The notes under the pieces are model-generated. The model was given only the letters and a program-made list of their open reading frames with translations. It searched no databases and was not told the DNA's origin. From positions 1 to 26,263 of the forward strand of contig JAYTZE010000602.1 in NCBI GenBank assembly GCA_043742385.1: a stretch of DNA of 26,263 nucleotides, given 5' to 3'. This document shows positions 7,489 to 19,124 of this stretch, one piece after another. Positions within the stretch are counted from its first letter, which is position 1, and each line of letters begins with the position of its first letter. The position numbers and the translations under genes are program-made. The stretch is from Ilumatobacteraceae bacterium. GTDB lineage: Bacteria; Actinomycetota; Acidimicrobiia; Acidimicrobiales; Ilumatobacteraceae.

Positions 7489-8220
7489 CTACCTGGATAG
7501 CTCGGGCGATGGGAGACCGAGCGCGTCGGTCACGGCAGCAGAGTCGGTGATCCACGCGAAGAGCAGCTCGAGGACGGTGAGGGACGCTTCCTGGTTCGTG
7601 CGAGGCGTGTCGGAGCCGATCGGCTCGGCGGTGCAGTCCTCCACCACGAGGCAGCGGTAGTCACGGAACGTGGCGTCGCGAACGGTCGATTCCACGCAAA
7701 CGCTGGTCGTGGCGCCGGCGACGATCAATGTGTCGATTCGTCGGGCTCGGAGCTGTGCGTCGAGGTCGGTGTTATAGAACCCGCTGTACCGGTTCTTGTA
7801 CAACACCACGTCGTTGTCGTGCGGCCGCAAATCATCGACGATGTCGGTGTTCCACGTATCGCGGATGAGGATGCGACTGGGGGCACCGTTTGGAGCAACG
7901 ACCTCGGCTCCGGCCTGGAGCCGTACATGCTTCACCCACGTGGGAGAGTCCGGAGCTCCGGAGTCACTGAGGTCGGGTTGGAACCCCATCTTGAGATAGA
8001 CGACCAACATCCCTGCGGCGCGTGCAGCGTCAAGAAGCGTCGCTGTTGGCGCAACGATCGCTTGGATTCCGCGAACGTCGATGCCTGCTCGGTCGAACAT
8101 CCCGCCGGGCGAGGCGAAGTCGTTCTGCATGTCAACCACCACAACCGCCGTACGGTCGGTACGGACCTGCAATGGCGTGGGTCGCCCGGCGATCTCAAAA
8201 GTCCGAGCCTGTGTCACCAT
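7489..8220 (-). CDS. Isochorismatase-family cysteine hydrolase, RutB-like, 243 aa
   Basis: Asp-Lys-Cys triad motifs VVVDMQNDF, KNRYSGF and GATTSVCVESTVRDA. Strong GGAGGTGATCC RBS. No other rut genes are in the window. Confidence 0.9.
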   Translation of the reverse strand: MVTQARTFEIAGRPTPLQVRTDRTAVVVVDMQNDFASPGGMFDRAGIDVRGIQAIVAPTATLLDAARAAGMLVVYLKMGFQPDLSDSGAPDSPTWVKHVRLQAGAEVVAPNGAPSRILIRDTWNTDIVDDLRPHDNDVVLYKNRYSGFYNTDLDAQLRARRIDTLIVAGATTSVCVESTVRDATFRDYRCLVVEDCTAEPIGSDTPRTNQEASLTVLELLFAWITDSAAVTDALGLPSPELSR

Positions 8221-8357
8221 GGATCACCTCCCTAGAGGTCGACAATCCTAGCCCGGGCCAAGGTAGCGAGGTCGGGTTGGCTACAACCGTCAGCGTGGTG
8301 CCAAGATTGAGGAAGGGGGATCTCGGATGGCGTCATCGCCAAGATCGAAGGTGAAGC

Positions 8358-8957
8358 ATGTTTGTCCAAGTCATTGAGGGCAAGGTGTCCGACAAGTCCG
8401 GACTGCACCGCCAACTCGACCGCTGGGAGGCTGAGCTTCGTCCCGGAGCTGCCGGCTTCCTAGGCAGCACTGGCGGCGTGACCGACGACGGCGTCGGCTT
8501 TGCCATCGCTCGCTTCGAGTCAGCGGCGGCAGCGCACGCCAACAGCCAGCGCGCGGAGCAGGGCGCGTGGTGGTCCGAGACCGAGAAGTGCTTCGACGGT
8601 CCGGTCTCGTTCTTGGACTCCGAAGATGCCGAGGAGTTCCTCGCCGGGGGCTCGAACGACGCCGGGTTCGTCCAAGTCATGAAGACTGCCGCTGGCGTCG
8701 ATCGAGCCGTGCTCAAGGACCTGGACCAGCGATTCGAGAAGCATGCCGGCACGTGGCGTCCCGATCTCATCGGCGGGGTGCGGATATGGACGGGCGAGAC
8801 CTCGACGGTCGAGGTGAACTACTTCACGAGTGAAGCCGAAGCCCGCGAGAACGAGGGCAAGGAGCCGCCAGCCGAGCTCGCCGAGCTGTTCGCCCAGTTC
8901 GCGGACGTGATGGCCAGCACCGAGTTCCTCGACTTGCACGACCCCTGGCTCTACTGA
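8358..8957 (+). CDS. Hypothetical protein with an internal two-fold repeat (tandem ABM-like domains), 199 aa
   Basis: The halves share FVQVI/FVQVM, LRPG/WRPD, RFESAAAAHANS/YFTSEAEARENE and SFLDSED/EFLDLHD. GAAGGTGA RBS upstream. Confidence 0.75.
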   Translation: MFVQVIEGKVSDKSGLHRQLDRWEAELRPGAAGFLGSTGGVTDDGVGFAIARFESAAAAHANSQRAEQGAWWSETEKCFDGPVSFLDSEDAEEFLAGGSNDAGFVQVMKTAAGVDRAVLKDLDQRFEKHAGTWRPDLIGGVRIWTGETSTVEVNYFTSEAEARENEGKEPPAELAELFAQFADVMASTEFLDLHDPWLY

Positions 8958-9111
8958 CCGCTCGCGGGTGGCCGTCAGCCGGCGAAGCCCCACGACCGTG
9001 ACGTGACAACTGTCGGCGTCGAGAAACAATCGATGAACTCCGTGCCTGGCGGGAAGTCGCTGCAGTCCGCTCCGGTCGGTGGCCGACACAACCCACCAAG
9101 GACAACCGCGC

Positions 9112-10818
9112 TCATCCGCCAGGCGTGTGGAACAGTTGGAACGCCCCGCTCTCGGCGAACTCGTCGACTTGCTTGGTCCACTCCTTCGTGGCGAAGAGTT
9201 CATCGCCGAACACTTCCCAGTCGATGCTGACGTAACCGCCGCCGACCTGACCCTGCGCATCCAACTCGGCCTCATGCGTGACAACGAAGAGCTCCGTCCA
9301 CCATGGGCGCGTCGGAAGTTGCACCGGTGGTCCATCTGGACATGAGAGGGTTGCGCTCTCCGACGTGTCGCCGGGCAGGTACGACATGGCGAAGTTCACC
9401 GGCTGGTCCGGGGCGTCTGACCCCTCGGTCAGGATTTTCAACCCGAGGACCTGGAACGGACCACCACCACCGAGGACGCCGGTCGCATTGCACACGGGCA
9501 CGAACCATTCGAACGCCGTATTGACCAACGGAGCGTCACCGCGGATCGCATTCTCGTCCGGGTTGAAGCGCAGTGTCACCTCTGCCGTCACGGTGGACGC
9601 GTAGCCACCGCCCTCCGCACTCTTGACGGTTCCAGACGAGTCGAACGTCAACTTGAACGTCAGGCACTGGACGGTCAGTTCACGTGCCTCGCGTAGCACG
9701 GCAGGGTCGACCGCGACACCGAGCAGGTCCATCAGCGCGTACTGGCGTTCAAAACCCCGCCAGACTCGCGCCATGCGGTGGATGACGTGCTCCTCGACAC
9801 ACAGCTCGAACTCCTCGAGAATGCACACCCTGGCCGCGCTGTCCACAAGGCCTGGGTAGTCCCTCAGACCATCACCCTCTTCCAGCCCCAGAATGCCGCG
9901 CATGTGGGCCAGGCCGAGCACGGTCTCGATGGCCAGCCGTCCGGCCGCGCAGCTCTCGCCGGCGGCGGCTACTCGCGGTTTGAGGACGAACTCGACGTAC
10001 CGGCTCCAGATCGCCTCGAACGCGGCGGTGGTTTCTGCCGTGTCGTTCTCAAGGCCGGCCAAAGCCCGCTGCCGCGTCCGGCTCAGCTCCGCGTTCAGCG
10101 CGTTCTTCAATCGCTGCTCGACATCACCGCCGAGCCGCTCGCGCACCGGATCGATGTCCGCCAGCAGACCCTTGGTGACCCCGTTGCCGCTGAAGTGCTG
10201 CACCTGGATCTTGATGTCGGCCGAATCGACAACCGGAGTCGCAACGATCAGGTCGGACCCGTCTCCCTGGTATCCGAAGACGATTTGCTCATCGACGGGA
10301 ATCGGTTCGGCCGGTGTGATGGTCAGGATCGCAGAGTCGTAGAAGAACAATCCCTCCGGACTCATCTGCACGGCGTAGGAGTCGTTGCCGAAGGGCATGC
10401 CGCTGATGCTGGCGATCGGGGTCAGCCCGACCGTGGTCTCGGTCAGGAGGGCATCGGAGGGAATGTCCAGGGTGTAGACAGTGCCATCTGCTCCGGTGGC
10501 CGTGATCGTGCCGCCCTCCACCGGGACGACAACCTCGACCGTCTTGCTCGCGTCCAGCACAACGGCAACCTCGATGGGATCGGTCGGAATCTCGAAGATG
10601 AAGCTCAAGTCGGTCGATTCAGGAACCTGACTGGAGCTCGCTGGTACGTCGAGGCTCGAGCTCACTGCGACTTCGACGGTGGGTTCGGTGCCTTCTTCGA
10701 CCGTCGAGTCCGTCAACCCTGCGGTATCGGAGCAGGCGATGAGGAACGCGCCCGACGCCAGCGCCAGGGCGATCACGCGGCTGCGCCACCTTGAGCCCCC
10801 GCGGTTGGTCTCGTCCAT
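9112..10818 (-). CDS. Large putative lipoprotein with a ZU5-like region and HFS motif, about 568 aa
   Basis: Signal peptide and lipobox (RWRSRVIALALASGAFLIA-C), a Ser/Thr/Glu-rich linker, then GGTI..G..YTLDIP.DAL...AVQMSPEGLFF..SAILTI...QVQHFSG. Start placed at the ATG at 10818. Confidence 0.75.
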   Translation of the reverse strand: MDETNRGGSRWRSRVIALALASGAFLIACSDTAGLTDSTVEEGTEPTVEVAVSSSLDVPASSSQVPESTDLSFIFEIPTDPIEVAVVLDASKTVEVVVPVEGGTITATGADGTVYTLDIPSDALLTETTVGLTPIASISGMPFGNDSYAVQMSPEGLFFYDSAILTITPAEPIPVDEQIVFGYQGDGSDLIVATPVVDSADIKIQVQHFSGNGVTKGLLADIDPVRERLGGDVEQRLKNALNAELSRTRQRALAGLENDTAETTAAFEAIWSRYVEFVLKPRVAAAGESCAAGRLAIETVLGLAHMRGILGLEEGDGLRDYPGLVDSAARVCILEEFELCVEEHVIHRMARVWRGFERQYALMDLLGVAVDPAVLREARELTVQCLTFKLTFDSSGTVKSAEGGGYASTVTAEVTLRFNPDENAIRGDAPLVNTAFEWFVPVCNATGVLGGGGPFQVLGLKILTEGSDAPDQPVNFAMSYLPGDTSESATLSCPDGPPVQLPTRPWWTELFVVTHEAELDAQGQVGGGYVSIDWEVFGDELFATKEWTKQVDEFAESGAFQLFHTPGG

Positions 10819-10996
10819 GGCGTGAGGTCCCCCGCCTCGAAGGCTCGACGGTCCTGTACGGCTTGTCGGACCATTCACCGAACCAGACCGTCACCGTATC
10901 ACCTGGCCGCCGACGACCTCGACGAGCAAACCCCGTCCAACGACACGCCGAGATTTCTACCGCTCCCTATTGCCAGGTCGAACTTGACATCGAGCA

Positions 10997-12169
10997 CTAG
11001 AGCGGAGAGAAGACGTGCTCGCGGTCGTACTCGACGGTGATGCCTCCACCGAGGGACACGACGATTTGCTCACCGCCGTTGTTGAGGATGACACATTCGA
11101 CGGAGGTTTCGCAATTGATCTGTTCGAGGTGAGGCTTGATGTGGCCGATGTGCGACACCGTCCATCCGTTGGTCGGTGGAAGGGTTCGGTAGAAGTTCAG
11201 GAAGTCGTCGTTGTTCCGAACGGAAGTCTTGTAGGTGTAATAGTCGACACCGATTCCGTTCTGGTAACGGATCATCGCCGACAGCGAGGCGCCAGGAGGC
11301 AGCAGGCCGCCGAGGTCGGTTCCGATGTCGAGTGCCTGCGTCATCGGCGCGAGTTCTGGTGGCAGGGCGATCTCAGCCAACTGGCCGATCGACGACAACT
11401 CCTCTGTGACTTCGTAGATCCGACCGGGCGAGGTCTCCTTGGAGTGCGTGTAGAGGACGTAGTTACCGTCTTGTGCGAGGTAGAAGTCGCCCTCCATGGC
11501 TGGAGCCGGGTTTTCCGGGGTGTAGGAGGCATAACTGGCGAGGTCGGTTTCGTCGAACACGAAATGGTTTGCCGGGATACCTGCGAAGTCCTCTTGGCCG
11601 GCGAGTTGGGCGCTCAAGACACCGCCCAGAGTGCCCGAACGCAAGTCGAGCCTGTCCGAATAGTCCGGGGCGGTCGGGTTTCCAGCTTCATACAGGTACC
11701 AGTCGCCGACCTGGTTCTCCTCGTAGGAACGACCGTCGACCAGATACTTGCGCAGGCCGTCGGTCGTGCCGTCGAAGGAGAAGGTGGCCAGTTGGTACAC
11801 GCTGATCGGATCGCTGATGAATCCGCTGGTGGTGATGTTCTCGGCCAACTGCCCGCTGTTCGTGTTCGCGACGGTGACGGTGAGGATGAAGCTCGGCAGC
11901 GTCAGGTTGTCGCCGAGCGTCTGACGGTCGAAGACCGGAGGCCCAGGGGAAACGGTGGGGCCTGCTGTCGTCGGTGGCGGCGACGTGTCGGCCGATTGTG
12001 CGGTCGATTGTGTCGTCGACGACGGCGACGTCTCGATCGGTCGTGTCGTCGACGACACGACCGGCGATTCTGCGACCGGCGTCTGGTCAGACGAGGTCGC
12101 GTTTGCGCCGCAACTGGCGATGGTCAGCCCGATCATCACCGCACTGACCATCGCCTTGGCGCGAAGCAC
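10997..12169 (-). CDS. Putative lipoprotein, possibly LppX/LprAFG (LolA-like) fold, about 390 aa
   Basis: Lipobox IGLTIAS-C and a Thr/Pro-rich linker. GQEDFAGIPANHF...GDFYL...IALP resembles LppX-type sheet motifs. The start could be the GTG at 12169 or the ATG at 12151; the ORF-track start overlaps katG. Confidence 0.7.
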   Translation of the reverse strand: MLRAKAMVSAVMIGLTIASCGANATSSDQTPVAESPVVSSTTRPIETSPSSTTQSTAQSADTSPPPTTAGPTVSPGPPVFDRQTLGDNLTLPSFILTVTVANTNSGQLAENITTSGFISDPISVYQLATFSFDGTTDGLRKYLVDGRSYEENQVGDWYLYEAGNPTAPDYSDRLDLRSGTLGGVLSAQLAGQEDFAGIPANHFVFDETDLASYASYTPENPAPAMEGDFYLAQDGNYVLYTHSKETSPGRIYEVTEELSSIGQLAEIALPPELAPMTQALDIGTDLGGLLPPGASLSAMIRYQNGIGVDYYTYKTSVRNNDDFLNFYRTLPPTNGWTVSHIGHIKPHLEQINCETSVECVILNNGGEQIVVSLGGGITVEYDREHVFSPL

Positions 12170-12183
12170 GTCCTGCCCTCGGT

Positions 12184-14445
<2,262 letters not shown>

Positions 14446-14472
14446 CTACTTCAAACCTTGAACACTCAGAAC

Positions 14473-14901
14473 TCAGGCACCTTCGGCTGCCTGCCGACAG
14501 GTGGGGCAGCGGCCCCAGTAGATGACCTCGGCCTCGTCTATCTCGTAGCCAGCGTCGTCGGACGCAGTCAAGCACGGCACGGCCCCGACAGCGCAGTCCA
14601 CGTCGACCATGCGGCCGCAGGCGCGACAGATCAAGTGGTGATGGTTGTCACCCACCCGATCCTCATAGCGCGCTGCTGACCCTGAGGGCTGGATGCGCCG
14701 AAGCAGTCCGATGTCGGCCAAGACGCCGACGGCGTCGTACACCGCGCGGTGCGAGATGGCACCGATGTCAGCCCTGACGACCTCGACCACATCTTCGGCC
14801 GTGAGGTGAGGTCGGCCCGACACCGCCCGAAGGACGGCTAAGCGCTGCGCCGTGACATTGAAACCCTGCTGCCGAAGGAGTTCAGCGGGGTCGACCGACA
14901 T
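14473..14901 (-). CDS. furA: FurA-type Fur-family peroxide-responsive regulator, 142 aa
   Basis: [36 protein letters not shown]. It lies directly upstream of katG, the known actinobacterial furA-katG arrangement. Confidence 0.92.
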   Translation of the reverse strand: MSVDPAELLRQQGFNVTAQRLAVLRAVSGRPHLTAEDVVEVVRADIGAISHRAVYDAVGVLADIGLLRRIQPSGSAARYEDRVGDNHHHLICRACGRMVDVDCAVGAVPCLTASDDAGYEIDEAEVIYWGRCPTCRQAAEGA

Positions 14902-14937
14902 GACCCCACACTATGTGCAAATTTCTATGAGATGCAA
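14902..14937 (-). promoter_or_regulatory. Leaderless furA promoter in an AT-rich tract (candidate FurA-binding region)
   Basis: On the minus strand: TTGCAT (14937-14932), 18 nt, TAGTGT (14913-14908), 6 nt, ATG. Confidence 0.6.
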
Positions 14938-15048
14938 AAGTCTCTCCCGGCCCACTCCGACTCGGAGCCGAATCGACCGGATTCTGTGTTGACGAGCACT
15001 TGGTACAGTCCGGGTGCACCCGTCCGAACGGGGCCGAGGAGGTCGTCA

Positions 15049-15672
15049 ATGGGTATCTACGCCGAGCAAGTGCTCCCCCGCATCGTCAACGCGGCGTGCG
15101 GAATGAAGGCCTCGGAGCCGCTGCGAAGTCGAGTATGCGCAGGCCTTCACGGGCAGGTGGTCGAGATCGGCTTCGGGTCGGGGCTCAATGTTCCGTTCTA
15201 CCCAGCCGCCGTTACCGCCGTCGCCGCGATCGAGCCGGCCGACGTCGGGTGGAAGCTCGCCGGCAAGCGCCTCGCGGCCTCGACGGTCCCGATCGAGCGA
15301 TCTGGCCTCGACGGCCAGTTGCTGCCGCTGCCGGACGACAGTTGCGACACGGCGCTTTCGACGTGGACCTTGTGCACGATCCCCGACGTGGTCGCAGCAC
15401 TGCACGAGGTACGGCGTGTCCTCAAGCCCGGTGGAACGTTGCACTTCGTCGAGCACGGGCTGGCCCCTGATGAGGACGAGAAGGTACAACGCTGGCAACG
15501 CCGTCTCGATCCGATGCAGAAGCGTCTCTTCGGCGGTTGCCATCTCACCCGTCCGATCGTCGATCTGTTGAGGAATGCAGGCTTCACGATCACCGAGGTC
15601 GACGTGTTCTACGAGAAGGGCGCACCCAAGTTCCTCGCCGCCGACTCTCTCGGCATCGCCCTGGCCCGGTAA
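15049..15672 (+). CDS. Class I SAM-dependent methyltransferase, 207 aa
   Basis: VVEIGFGSGLN (motif I), DTALSTWTLCTI, LKPGGTLHFVEHG. GAGGAGG RBS before the ATG at 15049. Confidence 0.88.
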   Translation: MGIYAEQVLPRIVNAACGMKASEPLRSRVCAGLHGQVVEIGFGSGLNVPFYPAAVTAVAAIEPADVGWKLAGKRLAASTVPIERSGLDGQLLPLPDDSCDTALSTWTLCTIPDVVAALHEVRRVLKPGGTLHFVEHGLAPDEDEKVQRWQRRLDPMQKRLFGGCHLTRPIVDLLRNAGFTITEVDVFYEKGAPKFLAADSLGIALAR

Positions 15673-15691
15673 GAGCGACCGCCGGACGTAC

Positions 15692-17023
15692 TCACACGAA
15701 CGATCTCGGGATGAGTCCGTTCGTTCGGGCTTCTCGTTCGAGGTCGTCGCGGAAGTCGGGATGGGCGAGCGAGATCATCGCCTTTGCCCGTTCAGGGATC
15801 GACTTGCCCTTCAGGTTGACCAGTCCGAACTCGGTGACCACGAACATCATGTCGCTGCGGGGTGCGGTAACGATGTTGCCGGGTGTCAGGTTCAGCACCA
15901 CGCGGCTGCGCCGATCGTCGTTGCGCTCGTAGGTCGACGACATGCACAGGAACGACTTCCCTCCGTTCGATGCATAAGCGCCGCGGATGAACTGGAGCTG
16001 TCCTCCGGTGCCGCTGATGTGGCGATGACCGCTCGACTCGCTCGCGGCTTGGCCTTGCAGGTCCATCTGAGTCGTGTTGTTGATCGCCGTCATTCGGTCG
16101 TTCTGGATGATTAGTTGCGGCAAGTTGGTCATGTCCACGGGTTGGCATGAGATGTCGGGATTGTCGTGGATCGCGTCGTAGGTGGCCTTCGAACCAAGTC
16201 CGAAGGTGCACACGATCTTGCCAGGATGCACTGTCTTGGCCGACCCGGTGATGACACCGGCTCGGTACAGGTCAATGATGCCGTCGGTGAGCATCTCGGT
16301 GTGGATGCCGAGGTTGCGGACGCCGCTCTCCATGAGCAGCGAGCACACGGCGTTCGGCATGGCGCCGATGCCGATCTGCAGGCACGCTCCGTCTTCGATT
16401 TCCCCGGCGATGAGTCGGGCGACAGCACGATCGGCGTCGGTCGGCGCCGGGTTCGGCAGCTCCGGTAACGGCCGATCCTCACCGTCGATGACGTAGTCGA
16501 CCTGGCTCATATGCAGCCCGTTGTCGATGCCGTGCACGTACGGAAGAGCCGGGTCGACCTCGACGATCACGATCTTCGCTCGTGAAGCGACCGCGCCGTG
16601 CCAGAGGTTAGCCGCGCTGAAATTGAAGTACCCGCGATCGTCGACTGGGCACGACTTGATCACCATCAGGTCCGGCGGGTCGATGAAGCGTCGGTAGTAG
16701 TCAGGGATCTCCCCGAGGTTGCACGGGATGTAGTTCTGCTGCCCGGCGTCGCTGTGCTTGCGGTCGTAGCCGCCCAGATGCCAGTTGAAGAACGAGACGT
16801 GCTCGCGTCCGGGATCGGCTTCGACAACCGCACGCGGTCGCGTGCTCAAGCACCCGCGAATGTTCACGTCGTGGAGTTCGCCGATCCGCTCGGCCAGTGC
16901 CTTGTCGAACGCATCGGGCTGGATGAGCCCTGCGCCATAGTCGAGCCAATCACCGGAACGGACCATCGCGGCTGCGGCATCGGCCGAGATGCGTCGGGCC
17001 GACTTCGCGACGGTGGCCATCAT
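15692..17023 (-). CDS. Acetyl-CoA hydrolase/transferase family (butyryl-CoA:acetate or 4-hydroxybutyrate CoA-transferase-like), about 443 aa
   Basis: CLQIGIGAMPNAV, GIHTEM (catalytic Glu), ISGTGGQL, VVTEFGLVNLKGKSIPERAKAMISLAHPDFR. Confidence 0.9.
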   Translation of the reverse strand: MMATVAKSARRISADAAAAMVRSGDWLDYGAGLIQPDAFDKALAERIGELHDVNIRGCLSTRPRAVVEADPGREHVSFFNWHLGGYDRKHSDAGQQNYIPCNLGEIPDYYRRFIDPPDLMVIKSCPVDDRGYFNFSAANLWHGAVASRAKIVIVEVDPALPYVHGIDNGLHMSQVDYVIDGEDRPLPELPNPAPTDADRAVARLIAGEIEDGACLQIGIGAMPNAVCSLLMESGVRNLGIHTEMLTDGIIDLYRAGVITGSAKTVHPGKIVCTFGLGSKATYDAIHDNPDISCQPVDMTNLPQLIIQNDRMTAINNTTQMDLQGQAASESSGHRHISGTGGQLQFIRGAYASNGGKSFLCMSSTYERNDDRRSRVVLNLTPGNIVTAPRSDMMFVVTEFGLVNLKGKSIPERAKAMISLAHPDFRDDLEREARTNGLIPRSFV

Positions 17024-17142
17024 CAGTTGACCTTCATCTCTCGCGCTGCGGCCGAACGAACTCGTTCGACGATCACGTACCCGTCTTCGAACAACGCTTC
17101 GGCGGCCGCAAACGCAGGAACATCCACACTCACGACGGACAT
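17023..17142 (-). CDS. Leaderless 39-aa small ORF coupled to the CoA-transferase
   Basis: MSVVSVDVPAFAAAEALFEDGYVIVERVRSAAAREMKVN*. TAGTGT lies 6 nt upstream of the ATG, and its TGA overlaps the next ATG (TGATG). Confidence 0.5.
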   Translation of the reverse strand: MSVVSVDVPAFAAAEALFEDGYVIVERVRSAAAREMKVN

Positions 17143-17437
17143 AGCTCGACACTAGTAAGCCGCGGCGCACTCCCAGGCATGTCGGCAGCGGTCCCTTTGC
17201 TCGAGTGAGGGACGAGTGTCACGCCGTCGCAACTGCGTAGGAGTCGTGGCGGCGCATCCAGCCGTTCGAACCGTGCTCGTACCATTCAGTTGAGCATGAG
17301 CAAGCGGGTTGCACCAATCAGACGTTTTTCAGCACCCTGCTAACCGTGTGCCCATCGAAGAACTCGCGGCTGATCGCCTTCAGGGTCTGAGTATCGCTGG
17401 GAGGTCCTGCGCATCGTCGCGGTGTAGACATGGCGCA

Positions 17438-18085
17438 ATGAGTGCTCTGCGCTACTCGGCTGTCGTGTTCGACTTCGGCGGAGTATTGATCAGCCCGATC
17501 ACCGATCGCATCAGCGAGGTCGCGGCGCGCCACGGCGTGACCATGGACGAATTGCTGCACGTGCTGATGGGACCACCAAACGTGTCGACCAAGGATCATC
17601 CCTGGCATCGTGCCGAACGCGGCGAGATCGCGGTCGAGGGGTTTCAGCACCTCGCGCAGCCATGGGCTACCGAGGTCGGCATCGTGCTGACCGGTGACGA
17701 GTTCGACATCATCCTCGACGGCGTGTTCAAGGTGCACGACGACGTCGTGAGACGAATCGTCGAGCTGCGCTCGGAAGGCATCACCACCGCCTTGCTGACC
17801 AACAGCTTCAAGGAGTTCCGCGCCCACATCGAGAAGCATGTCGACTTCGGGATCTTCGACCTCGTGATCGATTCTTCAGAGGTCGGGCATCGCAAACCAG
17901 AGCCGGAGATTTACGAGTTGACGACGAAGCGACTGAGAATCGCGCCTGAACGCATCCTGTATCTCGACGACTTCGTCGCCAACGTGAACGGAGCAAGGGC
18001 AGCTGGTTGGGACGCGATCCACGTGACCAGCCAGCAGCAGGCACTCGCCGCGCTCACCGAGGCGCTCGAGTCGCCCGCGCGCTAG
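17438..18085 (+). CDS. HAD-superfamily (IA) phosphatase, 215 aa
   Basis: VVFDFGGVL, LLTNS, GHRKPEPEIY, YLDDFVANV..A..AGW. Confidence 0.88.
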   Translation: MSALRYSAVVFDFGGVLISPITDRISEVAARHGVTMDELLHVLMGPPNVSTKDHPWHRAERGEIAVEGFQHLAQPWATEVGIVLTGDEFDIILDGVFKVHDDVVRRIVELRSEGITTALLTNSFKEFRAHIEKHVDFGIFDLVIDSSEVGHRKPEPEIYELTTKRLRIAPERILYLDDFVANVNGARAAGWDAIHVTSQQQALAALTEALESPAR

Positions 18086-18415
18086 CTCCGCGGACGCAGC
18101 AACGACGGCGCGTCGCGCCAGGAGATGCGCGAACCACGCCGTAGCAAGACTTGCTCTGATGCCGATGCGCATGGCCGAACAGCGTCGAGTAGAGCGCCTG
18201 GCTGGGTGCGGGCCCGAACCCATCCCGCCCTCCAGGTTCGATATCCTGTGGCTTCGTTCGATGACACGAACGTCCGCCGGACCCGGACCCTTGCTCCCCG
18301 CCGTTCAAAGTCGTCCATCAATTCGAGGGTGGGTTCGCGCTTGGCATCTGTGGTGAAATCCCGTCCCCGGAAGTCCAACGACTACGGCCGTAGCTGGGCC
18401 TTGCATCAACGGTTC

Positions 18416-19078
18416 GTGCCAGCTGATGGCCGCGACGATCCGCTTGGCTGCGACGCCCGCCCGTCGTGGCGGGGTCGAGTCCACATGATTGGGTTGTTCG
18501 CAGCGATCCCGGCGGTGACCCTCTTGATTGTGTTCGCCGACGGACCTCGGGCAACTACGGGCGCAGCGATCTACGCCGTCGGAGTGTGCGCGATGCTCGC
18601 CGCCTCGACCATCTACCACCGTTGGGTCAACGACTTCCGAGCGCGAGCAGCGTGGCGCCGTGCCGATCACGCCATGATCTTTGCTGCGATGGGCGGATCG
18701 GCGACACCGGTCGTTCTGATCGTGATGCCATCCGCATGGGGCATCGGTCTGCTGTCAGTCGTCTGGGCGGCATCGGTGGCTGGTGCGGTGTTCAAGTTCG
18801 GCCATTGGCACCGCGGCGACGCCATCGGGACAGCGTTGATCCCCACCGTGAGCGGGCTCGCAGCGCTTGCGCTCCCTGCACTGTGGGTCAGGGGCGGCGT
18901 GGCACCGGCGATGCTCTACCTGCTGTCCGGTTCGCTGTACATACTCGGGGCTCGGTGGTTCGCCAGGACATGGCCGCGTTTACATCCGGCCGTGTTCTCC
19001 TACCACGAGGTGTGGCACGTCGTCACCGTCGCCGCCGCAGCATCGCACTTCGCTTCTGTCTGGGCGATCTCGACCTGA
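18416..19078 (+). CDS. Hemolysin III / PAQR (YqfA-like) membrane protein; start uncertain
   Basis: RPSWRGRVH, STIYH, RRADHAMIF and FSYHEVWH, with about 7 hydrophobic segments. The ORF is open from 18125, but the first ~95 codons look non-coding. Confidence 0.85.
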   Translation: MPADGRDDPLGCDARPSWRGRVHMIGLFAAIPAVTLLIVFADGPRATTGAAIYAVGVCAMLAASTIYHRWVNDFRARAAWRRADHAMIFAAMGGSATPVVLIVMPSAWGIGLLSVVWAASVAGAVFKFGHWHRGDAIGTALIPTVSGLAALALPALWVRGGVAPAMLYLLSGSLYILGARWFARTWPRLHPAVFSYHEVWHVVTVAAAASHFASVWAIST

Positions 19079-19124
19079 CGGCAGGCACGCCCTCCGCTCC
19101 GAGCCCAGTTGGCGCTGTCGGACT

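Noticed and set aside
10981-11008. dif-like site (ACTTGACAT matches part of an actinobacterial XerD arm)
   Set aside because: Only 9 nt match and the second arm is absent.
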